A DNA stretch of 62,730 nucleotides, the filler included, from Nemertoderma westbladi (taxonomy: Eukaryota; Animalia; Xenacoelomorpha), in the NCBI GenBank assembly GCA_032718475.1. It is 3 parts of 3 records of this genome, joined end to end, with 100 filler letters (N's around TTAATTAATTAA, not from the genome) between each part and the next. Parts side by side here need not be neighbours in the genome. Positions count along the whole stretch, not along the records: positions 1 to 28,145 come from JAUCBJ010005382.1; 2 more parts are not named here. One strand, written 5' to 3'. This document shows positions 1-11,205 of the stretch, one piece after another. The position numbers and the translations under genes are program-made. The first letter of the stretch is position 1. Every line of letters begins with the position of its first letter. Below the pieces are notes generated by a model. That model had not been told where the DNA came from, did no database searches, and saw only the letters and a program-made list of their open reading frames with translations.

Positions 1-326
1 ATACAGTTGTGTTCTCAATTAAAGTCCATTCTTCAATCTGTTCAATCTGTTCAATTTCCTCAATCTGTAAAACTCTTTCATGGCACCGCAAGTTTCTAGC
101 CTACTGAGTGATTGACAGACGGTCGTGGTTGGCTCCCCAAAGTAAAGCTGTTTGTTGATTTGAATGAGTAGATTAATGCAGGGATCAGATAAATTATGAG
201 GCACTTGCAAGCCAATAAAGTAAATGTATTTTAGTAAGCATTATTTACAGTATATTACAAATTAAATGTTTACTAACTGATTAAATTTAACATGGTATAG
301 CAAATAAAGAGATCATACCATAAATT

Positions 327-1240
327 GGGTGTGGCTGGTCTAGGTGGTTCGGGTGTGGCTGGTCCATGTGGTTTGGGTACGGGTGTGGCTGGTCTAGGTG
401 GTTCGGGTGTGGCTGGTCCAGGTGGTTCGGGTGTAGCTGGTATAGGGGGTTCGGGTGTGGCTGGTCTAGGTGGTTCGGGTGTGGCTGGTCCAGGTGGTTC
501 GGGTGTGGCTGGTCCAGGTGGTTCGGGTGTGGCTGGTCCAGGTGGTTCGGGTGTGGCTGGTCTAGGTGGTTCGGGTGTGGCTGGTCTAGGGGGTTCGGGT
601 GTAGCTGGTCTAGGTGGTTCGGGTGTGGCTGGTCCAGGTGGTTTAGGTGTGGCTGGTCTAGGTGGTTCGGGTGTGGCTGGTCCAGGTGTTTCGGGTGTGA
701 CTGGTATAGGGGGTTCGGGTGTGGCTGGTCTAGGTGGTTCGGGTGTGGCTGATCCAGGTGGTTCGGGTGTGGCTGGTCCAGGTGGTTCGGGTGTGGCTAG
801 TCCATGTGGTTCGGGTGTGGCTGGTCTAGGTGGTTCGGGTGTGGCTGGTCTTGGGGGTTCGGGTGTAGCTGGTCTAGGTGGTTCGGGTGTGGCTGGTCTA
901 GGTGGTTTAGGTGTGGCTGGTCTAGGTGGTTCGGGTGTGGCTGGTCCAGGTGTTTCGGGTGTGACTGGTATAGGGGGTTCGGGTTGGCTGGTCTAGGTGG
1001 TTTGGGTGTGGCTGGTCTAGGTGGTTCGGGAGTGGCTGGTCCAGCTGGTTCGGTGTGGCTGCGGCTGGGTTAGGACGTTCTGATTCGGGTGTGGCTGTCT
1101 AGGTGGTTTGGGTGTGGCTGGGTTAGGAAGTTCTGGTTTGGGTGTGGCTGGTCTAGGTGGTTTGGGTGTGGCTGGGTTAGGAAGTTCTGGTTTGGGTGTG
1201 GCTGGTCTAGGTGGTTCGAGTGTGGCTGGGTTAGAAGGTA
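327..1240. repeat. 24-bp minisatellite (ggtggttcgggtgtggctggtcYa), degenerating into 24+30-bp composite units at its right end
   Basis: Directly visible periodicity of about 30 units. It generates the GVAGLGGS / PATPEPPR pseudo-ORFs. Confidence 0.95.
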
Positions 1241-1474
1241 TGGTTGCCGGTATCACAACATTGGGAAATTCTGGCCCTGCTCCTTGGTACGGACAACAAC
1301 AGTTAATCAATTTACTTACAGTTTGTTTTGAGTTTGCAATCAACTAATTTAATATTAATGGAGAATAGCGCTATGTCATTGCGTCTTACTGATGCTATTT
1401 AACGTTTAATGTCACAAGGGAATGATATTCTACCCGCGGCTGAAAAAACACTATCATCCACACAGTCAAATTAA

Positions 1475-1618
1475 TCCGAACAATTGGAAACCATTCCATT
1501 GCAAAAGTATGGCATCTCCTTGGAAACTCTGCGAAACCTTAGTCAGAATCCAGACACAGAATCAATAGGAAAATTTCTCCTACGGGTTTTGGAACTTGTT
1601 TTCACCAGTGCAGAATTG
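1475..1618 (+). pseudogene. Possible decayed BEN-domain-like coding fragment inside the TIR element
   Basis: Hand translation SEQLETIPLQKYGISLETLRNLSQNPDTESIGKFLLRVLELVFTSAEL* resembles the BEN-domain first-helix pattern (F..LL..VFT.EEL). It is bounded by stops and judged by motif resemblance only. Confidence 0.3.
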
Positions 1619-2996
1619 TAAATGCCAAATAAAAACGTTTAAAATATCTATAGCGGCGAAAGCGATAACGAACGGTTTTTTTAAACATAAACTATCTAAG
1701 GGACATGCAGCGCATTAAATATTGTAAATAAGAGATTGCATTATAATGATCTAATGATTATGATTATATTTATTCATTCCTTGTTGTGTTATTTGCATGC
1801 TTTTATTTGTATAATTAAATTAAATAATTGAATAATAAGTAACATAAATATATTTAATTATAAACAATTATTTATTGAAAAATTATTTATACAGAACGAT
1901 ACATTCTACCAAGCATTTTCCCGGGGGTTATTCGTTTATTGTAATATTTAATGCAGGGAATAGTGCGGTTAGCCAAGTAAAATAATCTACAGTACATTGT
2001 ATAGACTGCAACTGGAAAGGAGGAATTTAACTACAGTATTCTACAGTACACTACCGCAATTCAGTAGAACACCACACACACACCAACTGTATTGTTACAG
2101 TGCCTGTCAATCAATCTAAGGCTTTGCGGGATCCCATTAGTAGCCTGGCCTGTAGTTGTTTGATGCAGCCGCCATGCTCTTTGAGCTTAGTCTACCCGCC
2201 TAGCCGCCCTGCTCTTTATTTCCCTGCCCTACACTGCCCTATACTAACCCATGGCATCTCTGCACAGAGGGATACTTCGGCTCTACATTTTCAATCTGTT
2301 AAATCTGATCAATCTAGACAGAAAGTCTGGATTGAAGAAGTTGAAAGTAGGTTCAATTTCATCAATCTAACTATTATTTTTCTAGGAGAGTAGATTGATT
2401 CAGATTGATGCAGATTGAAGAATGGATTTTAATTGTGAACAAGACTGTATATGGAGTGGGTGTGTGACTATATTATTTTATATTTTTTTTTATTATTATT
2501 TTATATTTAGGTATGTATTATTATGTAATTTTATTATAATCGTTTTCTTTAATTTTATTTAGTAGAATGTTATTTTAGAATATTTAGTAAATTAGTGCAA
2601 TATATTAGTGTTTATTACGTATTTAATTACTTACAATATATTTAGTGCGACGGCAAGAAATAATTATTTTCCTCTTTCCTTACTGTCCGTATTATATTAT
2701 AAATGCGAGACTATAGTAAGATGACATGTCAGTACTTCTTAAAGTACAATAAAGCCACTACTATATTTAAGTATTATTGGTAGGCAGAGTATTAGGAATG
2801 CAAAGTTCAGATCCTCGTGTCTCGGCTAAACCAAGCTCTGGGTAGACCTTGGAAACGACTTGCCTCTTCACACTGACATTGCTTCGTGCGATATTGCTCT
2901 TCTACCTTATAACAAATAATACATATAGTAGCGTGATGTCCCTCTAACAGTAGCGTAAATCGCAAATAAATCTGTTAAACTTTTGACCATCTGTAA

Positions 2997-3255
2997 TTCT
3001 GGTCGATTAAGATATCGTGGCACCCACCGATATACTTGAAAGACAAATTCTAGAATCAGTGGTTAACGTCCCCAGACAAGTTCTGGAATAAATCGGTGCC
3101 CATCCTAAATATTAATTTAATATTTATTAAAATCTGTAAAATTCAGATCCGTTAAAAATTCTAGTCGATTAAGATATCGTAGCACTTACCGATACTCTTA
3201 AAAGACAAATTTCATAGAATTCAGGATCCTATGTCCCCAGACCTGCTCTGGAATC
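2997..3255. repeat. Two diverged ~95-bp direct repeats about 160 bp apart
   Basis: ttctRgtcgattaagatatcgtRgcac...accgata...aaagacaaatt...gtccccagac...ctggaat occurs at ~2997 and again at ~3158. Confidence 0.75.
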
Positions 3256-3872
3256 AAATTGTGTCAATTTAACATCAAATAATAAAATTCACGGGAATAA
3301 ATTTAAATTCATATTCGAATGAATTTCATAAATTGTCATTTTGCGCAATTTATAACATTCCCAAAATTCCAGTAATTAATAGATCATGGGAGCGGAGATT
3401 CATATTGAGTGCGAGAATCTACAACATATAGTCAATAGCCGATAAAATTTATAAAATCATGCATAAAGAGGATATTGACAATTAAAGAATTACTATTAAA
3501 TAACATCCCAGATCTGTATGCATGAGAATTACCCTAATTCTACCGCTAGTTTTCCATAATGTCACCATGGCAACACCCACGCTAGAATTAGAAACAAGTT
3601 AAAGGACCAATAAAAGCTTGCCCCATTGCGTAGCATAAGAGTATACATAGCGCACTATTAGTATCCAAGGATACATAGTAATAACGTGACATTCTGGAAG
3701 ACACTGACTAACGGACAAATGGCATGCATGTGTGCAGTAAGTAATGATTGTATGGAATTTGTGCGTTTATAGGTGAATGTTACTACTAAAGTGTGTTTAC
3801 AGTAGCTAATCGCAATTGTAAAATAGCCCTAACTCTACCGAGATAACCTCAAGTGGATTCAAGCTTTTGGGA

Positions 3873-3977
3873 CGGACAGTGGTGGGACTTGTGCCGGTTA
3901 TCGTTGTCGTGCTGTTGCTACATGTTGGCGTAAACACCGCGACAATGGTACATCGGCGCTGAGAAACCCACTGTCCG
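3873..3977 (+). ncRNA. Long imperfect stem-loop (candidate structured 5' leader or pre-miRNA-like hairpin)
   Basis: Nested helices: cggacagtgg/ccactgtccg, gtgccggt/atcggcgc, tatcgttgtcgtg/cgcgacaatggta, tgtt/aaca, gcta/tggc. The non-Watson-Crick pairs in these helices are G·U on the + strand. A second small hairpin (taggcagcg/cgcttgccta) follows at 3992-4014. Confidence 0.4.
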
Positions 3978-4058
3978 GGGGCAAAGCCTAGTAGGCAGCG
4001 ACGCCCGCTTGCCTAAAATATTCACTCATATTGATATTAATAAACTCAGATAGCAGAT

Positions 4059-5508
4059 ATGACGGAATTGATAGAAGATGACCTTGGTATCAGGGAGCGA
4101 TATACTCTACCTTTACAAGCGTTTGTGGATAGCTTGATACGCGGTGAAGCCGATCCGACTATTACGGAGGACGATGGTCGTTATATCGAACCGCCGATGT
4201 CCCAGGAACAACTTACGCGTGAATTGGACTATAGAAAATTCACCGCTCGATATACGAATCGTAATGGTACGTATATGGACTTCTTAACTACCGGCCATCC
4301 TACCGATTTACATGATACGGACGATGTATACACCGAAAGGGAAATGGTTCTATTTAAATATCATACCCAGCGGAGTCGTAACGATAAACCGAGAATAGAT
4401 CACGAAAATTATATTCGTAACAGACTGGGAAGACGAACCCATATGTTTAGAATCTGAAGAGATTCAGCCCCCCACGTCTCGGAGTAGCGATAGCGACTAC
4501 ATATGGGAATGGTATCAAGGTCCCCAGTGTCTTACTGCGTATGATTATCGCCATGCCAATTATGTTTCTAGACAACGTTGTCGGCTATGCGCATCGAGAG
4601 ACCATATTACGTCTATGGACACCAACGATCTTTGTTCCTATTTCCACGAGCAACCGTCGATGGAAATCTATTGTGCATATTGTCGGCTTAATAATTTGCA
4701 CATTTTTGCTGTCTGCCCCCAATTTATGACTCAATGCCATCATTGTCAATTAAAAGGACACGCCAGCTTTGATTGTCCCTTTAACCATGATTTAGAGAGC
4801 GTAGATGAAATGATTGTACTACGTTATATCAGAGCTTGGGAAGCGAACGCTGATTTACATTGTGATTCACGCCATCGCTATTATCCTGGACGCGCTTACG
4901 AAGGAGTTTATGCGTTCCATCCTTATTTGTTTGCCTCCGTCGAGCAGAAATCTCGCCTATCAAGTTATGAACTATTGAAGCGCGTTGGAGAATGTATTTC
5001 AACCAAATATGTACGTAAATTTCTCAGGAGCATTAATCCGAGTGACATCCATTCTTACAACTTAATAAACTTTATTCGTCAAGACCCTGCCTATGGAGAC
5101 TTATTCGTCAACTCACACCCTGAGTTACAAGAAGTATATCGACGGCCTTACGAGTACCGAGCCCGCGAATGCGAGTTGGAAAGAACCATTAAACCAAGGA
5201 AGTTTCTAACTGCCTATGGTCCACCCACGGCCCTCGTTCAGACCACTCGTAAAGGACCCGTAAGAGCGGCTGTCTTGAAACGAGCTCTCAAAGCCGTTAG
5301 ACCCCTCTCCCCGGACGTTGATGTCAATCAACCCGGTACTTCGACCGGCGGATATACCGATCGCAATCCCATACCTTCTGATGCAATCATATTGCACCCT
5401 TCACCCAGGAGTTATAGCCCTCCTCGTAAAGTGGCTCGCCCCAAAGAGAAAAGGACTCTTGCTAGCTTTAAAAAACTGCGTAAACGCCGTCCGCGCAAGA
5501 AAGACTAA
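4059..5508 (+). CDS. Frameshifted CCHC zinc-knuckle (Gag-nucleocapsid-like) protein, ~480 aa if joined; possibly a pseudogene
   Basis: ORF 4059-4457 overlaps a second frame that is open from 4399 to 5508. That frame contains CRLCASRDH...C, CAYCRLNNLHIFAVC and a canonical CX2CX4HX4C (CHHCQLKGHASFDC), plus a basic C-terminus (KKLRKRRPRKK). Confidence 0.55.
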
Positions 5509-5689
5509 CTGTTTAGAGTATTTTTATATTTTAGAAACTGTGATTTTGTATATTTTATAGACTTAAATCCCATTTTCTGGGAGCGGTGTAAAAGCTTCTG
5601 TGGGATATAACTGGCCCCTTTTGCTTCGCAATCCAGTTTCCCCCCAGGCGCTGGAATACTCTAAAAAGGTTCTCTAACTGTATATATAT

Positions 5690-6832
5690 TCCCCTCGCCC
5701 GCAAGGTACCGTTACAGGTGTTTTAACGGACATAAAAGTCATTCTGCTATATACGTGTTTTGGCGGACATGGTAAGGCAAAAAACCTGTAATGCACCAAC
5801 TACCTTTCACAGCTTAGCCGTGATGATTCATATTACGACATCTAACAGCTGGTTGCTGACATGGAAACAGCCATTGGACGCATGGTTCTTTGTTTGGCTT
5901 GAGCCAATCAGAGCGATTTTTCCTGTCGACGTGTAGCTTTTCAGCCGATCATAAGGAGAGTGTTCAGTCTTACTGCTCTTACTTGATACTTTGTTGTTAT
6001 TGCTGTCTAAGCCAGAAACACCGGCTTTTTGGGAAGAACTCTAGTAAACTGCTTAAATTATCGAAAGTATAAACTGTTACCCTAACTAATCTCAATAACT
6101 CACTAATTAACATGCTCACTTAATTTAATTGCATTAATCATATTGTTTGTACTGTTATTTTACCGTCAGTTATTAATTGTACCTATTTGTTGATGGAAAT
6201 ATTGCTCTTTGGATAATACGGATAAATCACCCAAATTCCCAATTTTCTTGATACACTACAGGTTAGAGAGACCGGCTATACATAACAATTGCGATTTATA
6301 TTAATGTGGTCTGTATTGAATCCAATGTTATTTAGCAGACCCTACGTGAGTCAATTGCTGCTCTCTTTATGTGTGATCAAATATACTGACGGTCGGCAGA
6401 ATAGTGTGTATGATTGTGATTGGTAACAAAGTATTTCCTAAAGAATACGCTTTATACTTCAATCATAAGCAGTATCGTTGCGTTTTAGTATAAGTCTTAG
6501 TTCTGTTTAAATAGATAAAGCGCCACGTCCTAAAGGAACTGTTAATATTTCCCGAAAGCCAATAATATCTGTCAGAGATTAATTATTAACGATCTATCGA
6601 ATAATACAGTAGGTATACACTGCAACCTTACACTGCAATAATACAATTTAAGCAACCGAATTCAGCCTCCCGGGTGTAGATCCATCGGGTGAATGATCGC
6701 GCATGGGCTGCCTTCGGCTAATGTTTTGCGTATTAGCATAAAATATTGTCGTATGCTAAAGGTGTTTTAATTAACTAAAAGACATATAAATTTTGGCGGG
6801 TTAAACTGCTAAAGGTCTTCAAAAGCGCGAAC
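5690..6832 (+). mobile_element. Unclassified ~1.15-kb dispersed repeat, copy 1
   Basis: Colinear, diverged match to the reverse complement of 60062-61205, e.g. agcgccacgtcctaaaggaactgttRatatttcccgaaag and ggttaaactgctaaaggtc...aaagcgcgaaca. Confidence 0.75.
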
Positions 6833-6895
6833 ACCCCCGCTTCTTAGGTTGGGGGCTGCCGCCCCCAAACCCCCGCTTCTTAGGTTGGGGGCTGC

Positions 6896-7031
6896 CATGA
6901 CCTACTATAACAAGCAGGTTATAAAATTTTGAAAATATTCGAGTCATCAAAATAATGAAATATCAAATGAAATGTAAAACATATAGGTGCAAAATAGTTA
7001 AAGTATAAAATGACCGTTATAGTAGGTCATG
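6896..7031. mobile_element. 136-bp MITE with 16-bp perfect TIRs (CATGACCTACTATAAC), P-superfamily-like
   Basis: catgacctactataac (6896-6911) pairs with gttatagtaggtcatg (7016-7031). The flanking direct repeat gggctgc (7 bp) sits at 6889-6895 and 7032-7038. Confidence 0.8.
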
Positions 7032-7156
7032 GGGCTGCCGCCCCCAAATCCCCGCTTCTTTTCTTGGGGGCTACCGCCCCCAAACCCCTGCTTCTTTTCT
7101 TGGGGGCTGCCGCCCCCAAACCCCCGCTTCTTTTCTCCAATCCCAGGCTTTTCCGA

Positions 7157-10100
7157 TTTCCCTGAGTGACCGTGGTGGAAGGAAGACTGAAGACCATTTT
7201 GAAATAATTAATTCATGTTTGTATCATCAGATAATAAATTGACTAAGCCTAAAGTAGGAGCTGTATTGAATGTTAACCAAATTAATATATAAATTACTAC
7301 AATATTATATAATTCAATAAAATCCTATTAAAGTCACCATTTAAAGTAACCAGGAAATTAAATATGTAGTGTGTATAATATCTATATAGTATGTATAGTA
7401 ATATGTATATCAATATGTAATGCTGAACACAGAATACAGGTCGACGCATGTCGATTTTACCCTGGAGAGGTATAATTTTGATTGCAACAAAAATATTCAT
7501 CCCCATCTGATACAATTTGAAGAAGAAAGACTATTACATAATAATACCTATAATTAAAACAATTAATTATTATAATTCTATAGTTAATAAAAACAGTATA
7601 TGATTCGGGGGATGGAATTTATAGGTCATCTAATTAATTGTTTAAAGATTAGCAAACAATACGATGTAATTGCATTGATAAAACCCATAAATAAAACTTG
7701 GATATAAAATGTAAAATCGGGATGCAAAAGATGACTTTCTGAGCTACGAAAGGAAAATTTGATACAACTTATCTGGATACAAGCGGTCCGTTTACCTTAC
7801 AAAATGAAAAATACGAATGTGCGAAGTTAACAACAGTCGGGGGGGAAGTGTCTGGAGGGGAAGTGTCCGGGGGGGAAGTGTCCTACTTGAGCGGGGGGAA
7901 CTGTCCGGGGGGAAATGCCCGAACACCCACTCTACTCTTCTACAACCCAGACAGTAATCAAACAAAACATTAACTGGTTTAGCTGGCTATTGCAGTCTCA
8001 GCTGAATAACTCTCCCCAATGCATCCTTGCTATGTTAATTAATTGGCGTGCAAGCTACACTAAATGACTGTTAGTTAAACAGTGAGTTGGCTACACAGTG
8101 TATTGTACGATGGGATCTAGGACACTTCCCCCCCCCCCGGACACTTCCCCCCGCCCAAGTAGGACACTTCCCCCCCGGACACTTGCCCCCCGGACACTTC
8201 CCCCCCAGTTAAAGTGTTAAAATTAATCTGGGTGCATCAAAGCAATAAACAAAAGTTAAAGATGGTTACAGGACAAGTTGTATCTAGACAAGTTTTTTCA
8301 AAATTATAAAAGAAACATTTTTATAGTCAAATTTTGTTTGTTTTTCTTTTAATTCCTTTAATTCTTTTAATTTCTTTTAATTGGGGGCTGCCGCCCCCAA
8401 ACCCCGGCATTTCCCTGAGTGCCCGTGGTGAAAGACTTAAGACCACTTTGAAATAATTAATTCATGTTTGTATCATCAGATAATAAATTGACTAAGTAGG
8501 AGCTGTATTGAATGTTAACCAATTTAATATATAAATTACTACAATATTATATAATTCAACAAAATCCTATTAAAAATATTGCAAGTAACCAGGAAATTTA
8601 ATATGTAGTGTGTATAATATCTATATAGTATGTATAGTAATATGTATATCAATATGTAATGCTGAACACAGAATACAGGTCGACGCATGTCGATTTTACC
8701 CTGGAGAGGTATAATTTTGATTGCAACAAAAATATTCATCCCCATCTGATACAATTTGAAGAAGAAAGACTATTACATAATAATACCTATAATTAAAACA
8801 ATTAATTATTATAATTCTATAGTTAATAAAAACAGTATATGATTCGGGGGATGGAATTTATAGGTCATCTAATTAATTGTTTAAAGATTAGCAAACAATA
8901 CGATGTAATTGCATTGATAAAACCCATAAATAAAACTTGGATATAAAATGTAAAATCGGGATGCAAAAGATCACTTTCTGAGCTACGAAAGGAAAATTGG
9001 ATACAACTTATCTGGATACAAGCGGTCCGTTTACCTTACAAAATGAAAAATACGAATGTGCGAAGTTAACAACAGTCGGGGGGGAAGTGTCTGGAGGGGA
9101 AGTGTCCGGGGGGGAAGTGTCCTACTTGAGCGGGGGGAACTGTCCGGGGGGAAATGCCCGAACACCCACTCTACTCTTCTACAACCCAGACAGTAATCAA
9201 ACAAAACATTAACTGGTTTAGCTGGCTATTAGTCTCAGCTGAATAACTCTCCCCAATGCATCCTTGCTATGTTAATTAATTGGCGTGCAAGCTACACTAA
9301 ATGACTGTTAGTTAAACAGTGAGTTGGCTACACAGTGTATTGTACGATGGGATCTAGGACACTTCCCCCCGCCCAAGTAGGACACTTCCCCCCCGGACAC
9401 TTGCCCCCCGGACACTTCCCCCCCAGTTAAAGTGTTAAAATTAATCTGGGTGCATCAAAGCAATAAACAAAAGTTAAAGATGGTTACAGGACAAGTTGTA
9501 TCTAGACAAGTTTTTTCAAAATTATAAAAGAAACATTTTTATAGTCAAATTTTGTTTGTTTTTCTTTTAATTCCTTTAATTCTTTTAATTTCTTTTAATT
9601 GGGGGCTGCCGCCCCCAAACCCCGGCATTTCCCTGAGTGCCCGTGGTGAAAGACTTAAGACCACTTTGAAATAATTAATTCATGTTTGTATCATCAGATA
9701 ATAAATTGACTAAGCCTAAAAGTAGGAGCTGTATTGAATGTTAACCAATTTAATATAAAAATTACTACAATATTATATAATTCAACAAAATCCTATTAAA
9801 AATATTGCAAGTAACCAGGAAATTTAATATGTAGTGTGTATAATATCTATATAGTATGTATAGTAGTAATATGTATATCAATATGTAATGCTGAACACAG
9901 AATACAGGTCGACGCATGTCGATTTTACCCTGGAGAGGTATAATTTTGATTGCAACAATAATATTCATCCCCATCTGCTACAATTTGAAGAACAAAGACT
10001 ATTACATAATAATACCTATAATTAAAACAATTAATTATTATAATTCTATAGTTAATAAAAACAGTATATGATTCGGGGGATGGAATTTATAGGTCATCTA

Positions 10101-10387
10101 ATTAATTGTTTAAAGATTAGCAAACAATACGATGTAATTGCATTGATAAAACCCATAAATAAAACTTGGATATAAAATGTAAAATCGGGATGCAAAAGAT
10201 CACTTTCTGAGCTACGAAAGGAAAATTGGATACAACTTATCTGGATACAAGCGGTCCGTTCACCTTACAAAATGAAAAATACGAATGTGCGAAGGGCTTG
10301 AGCGGGGGGGAACTGTCCGGGGGGGAAGTGTCCGGGGGGGAAGTGTCCGGGGGGGAAGTGTCCGGGGGGGAAGTGTCCGAACACCGT
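7157..10387. repeat. Near-identical tandem triplication (~1.23-kb period, ~2.6 copies) of a non-autonomous element with ggacacttccccc / ggggaagtgtcc subterminal repeats plus spacer DNA
   Basis: The anchor gatacaacttatctggatacaagcgg occurs at 7761, 9000 and 10229. Inverted arrays of ggacacttcccccc and ggggggaagtgtcc flank the unit, which also has gggggctgccgccccc hairpin motifs. Confidence 0.9.
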
Positions 10388-10985
10388 ACGATGCTCTCAT
10401 CGCATTATTGTTTTATTTTGAAATCTTTGTGCCAACATTAATACTGTGGAGGCTGTATGCTTATAAGGCTGAATGTTTACTCAGCCTCATTATGATTCTC
10501 CATAAGGCTAACATTATAGTTTGAAATATAAAAATCTGTTATAATAATAATATAATTGTTGTATTTAATTAATATCGTGGTTTACATTGGACAGTGTAAA
10601 TTGTTAATCGCGGTTTACATTGAAACATCTCAACTTGTTTTATTTATTACAAAAATAAGAACGAATTTGTCTTATCACTTCTTGTGCGCGATTATATTGA
10701 ATTCATGACAACTGCTGTTATTATTATTAACCAATTGACACCTCGACTCCTCTCTGAGACTCCGACTACTCTATCCGATAGAATAAAATAATCATTTAGC
10801 TAACTGCTCTCTATCTTCTATAATCACAACAGCTTTTATAATTCATTAGATGATTACAACATAATAATTATAGTTTGAAGTTGTCTAGAAAATTTCTCGT
10901 ACACCACCGGGACTACCCTCACACTAATTTATTATCAGACAGAACAAAACGCTTTTACTTGACTCCTACTGTCTCCTACGACTTG

Positions 10986-11049
10986 CTACACTGTTTATCT
11001 GACTAGAGACGGGCCGCTAGGCCCGTCTCTAGTCAGATAAACAGTGTAG
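10986..11049. repeat. Perfect 30-bp inverted repeat with 4-nt loop; probably a collapsed MITE (TA|CACTG...CAGTG|TA)
   Basis: ctacactgtttatctgactagagacgggcc-gcta-ggcccgtctctagtcagataaacagtgtag. Confidence 0.9.
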
Positions 11050-11205
11050 GTCGAGGCCAAGCAAACCATCACATAGTAGTTCACCGCATTTACCGTTTCC
11101 GTCGGTACGGCAGTTAAAATCTCCTGTAAGTATAACTGGTTTTCACATTTTCGAGCATGCATGCAGAGTTAATTGCCGAGAATAAATCGAGTAGAATTTC
11201 GTCCG

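Larger units (their letters stand above)
4..2447. mobile_element. Non-autonomous TIR DNA element (TA-flanked, CAGT...ACTG termini) carrying a 24-bp tandem array
   Basis: Left end TA|cagttgtgttctcaattaaagtccattcttcaatctg is the imperfect reverse complement of the right end cagattgaagaatggattttaattgtgaacaagactg|TA. TA lies on both sides (2-3 and 2448-2449). Confidence 0.6.

Noticed and set aside
325-1347. Elastin/silk-like Gly-rich or Cys/Trp-rich proteins
   Set aside because: Alternative frames of the 24-bp minisatellite, with non-ATG or internal starts and frameshifts at ~985 and ~1090. Not called as host genes.
7297-10524. Repeated small ORFs (MYQMGMNIF..., MDTTYLDTSG...) as a gene cluster
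   Set aside because: Non-ATG starts, low-complexity products, and they recur only because the 1.23-kb unit is triplicated.
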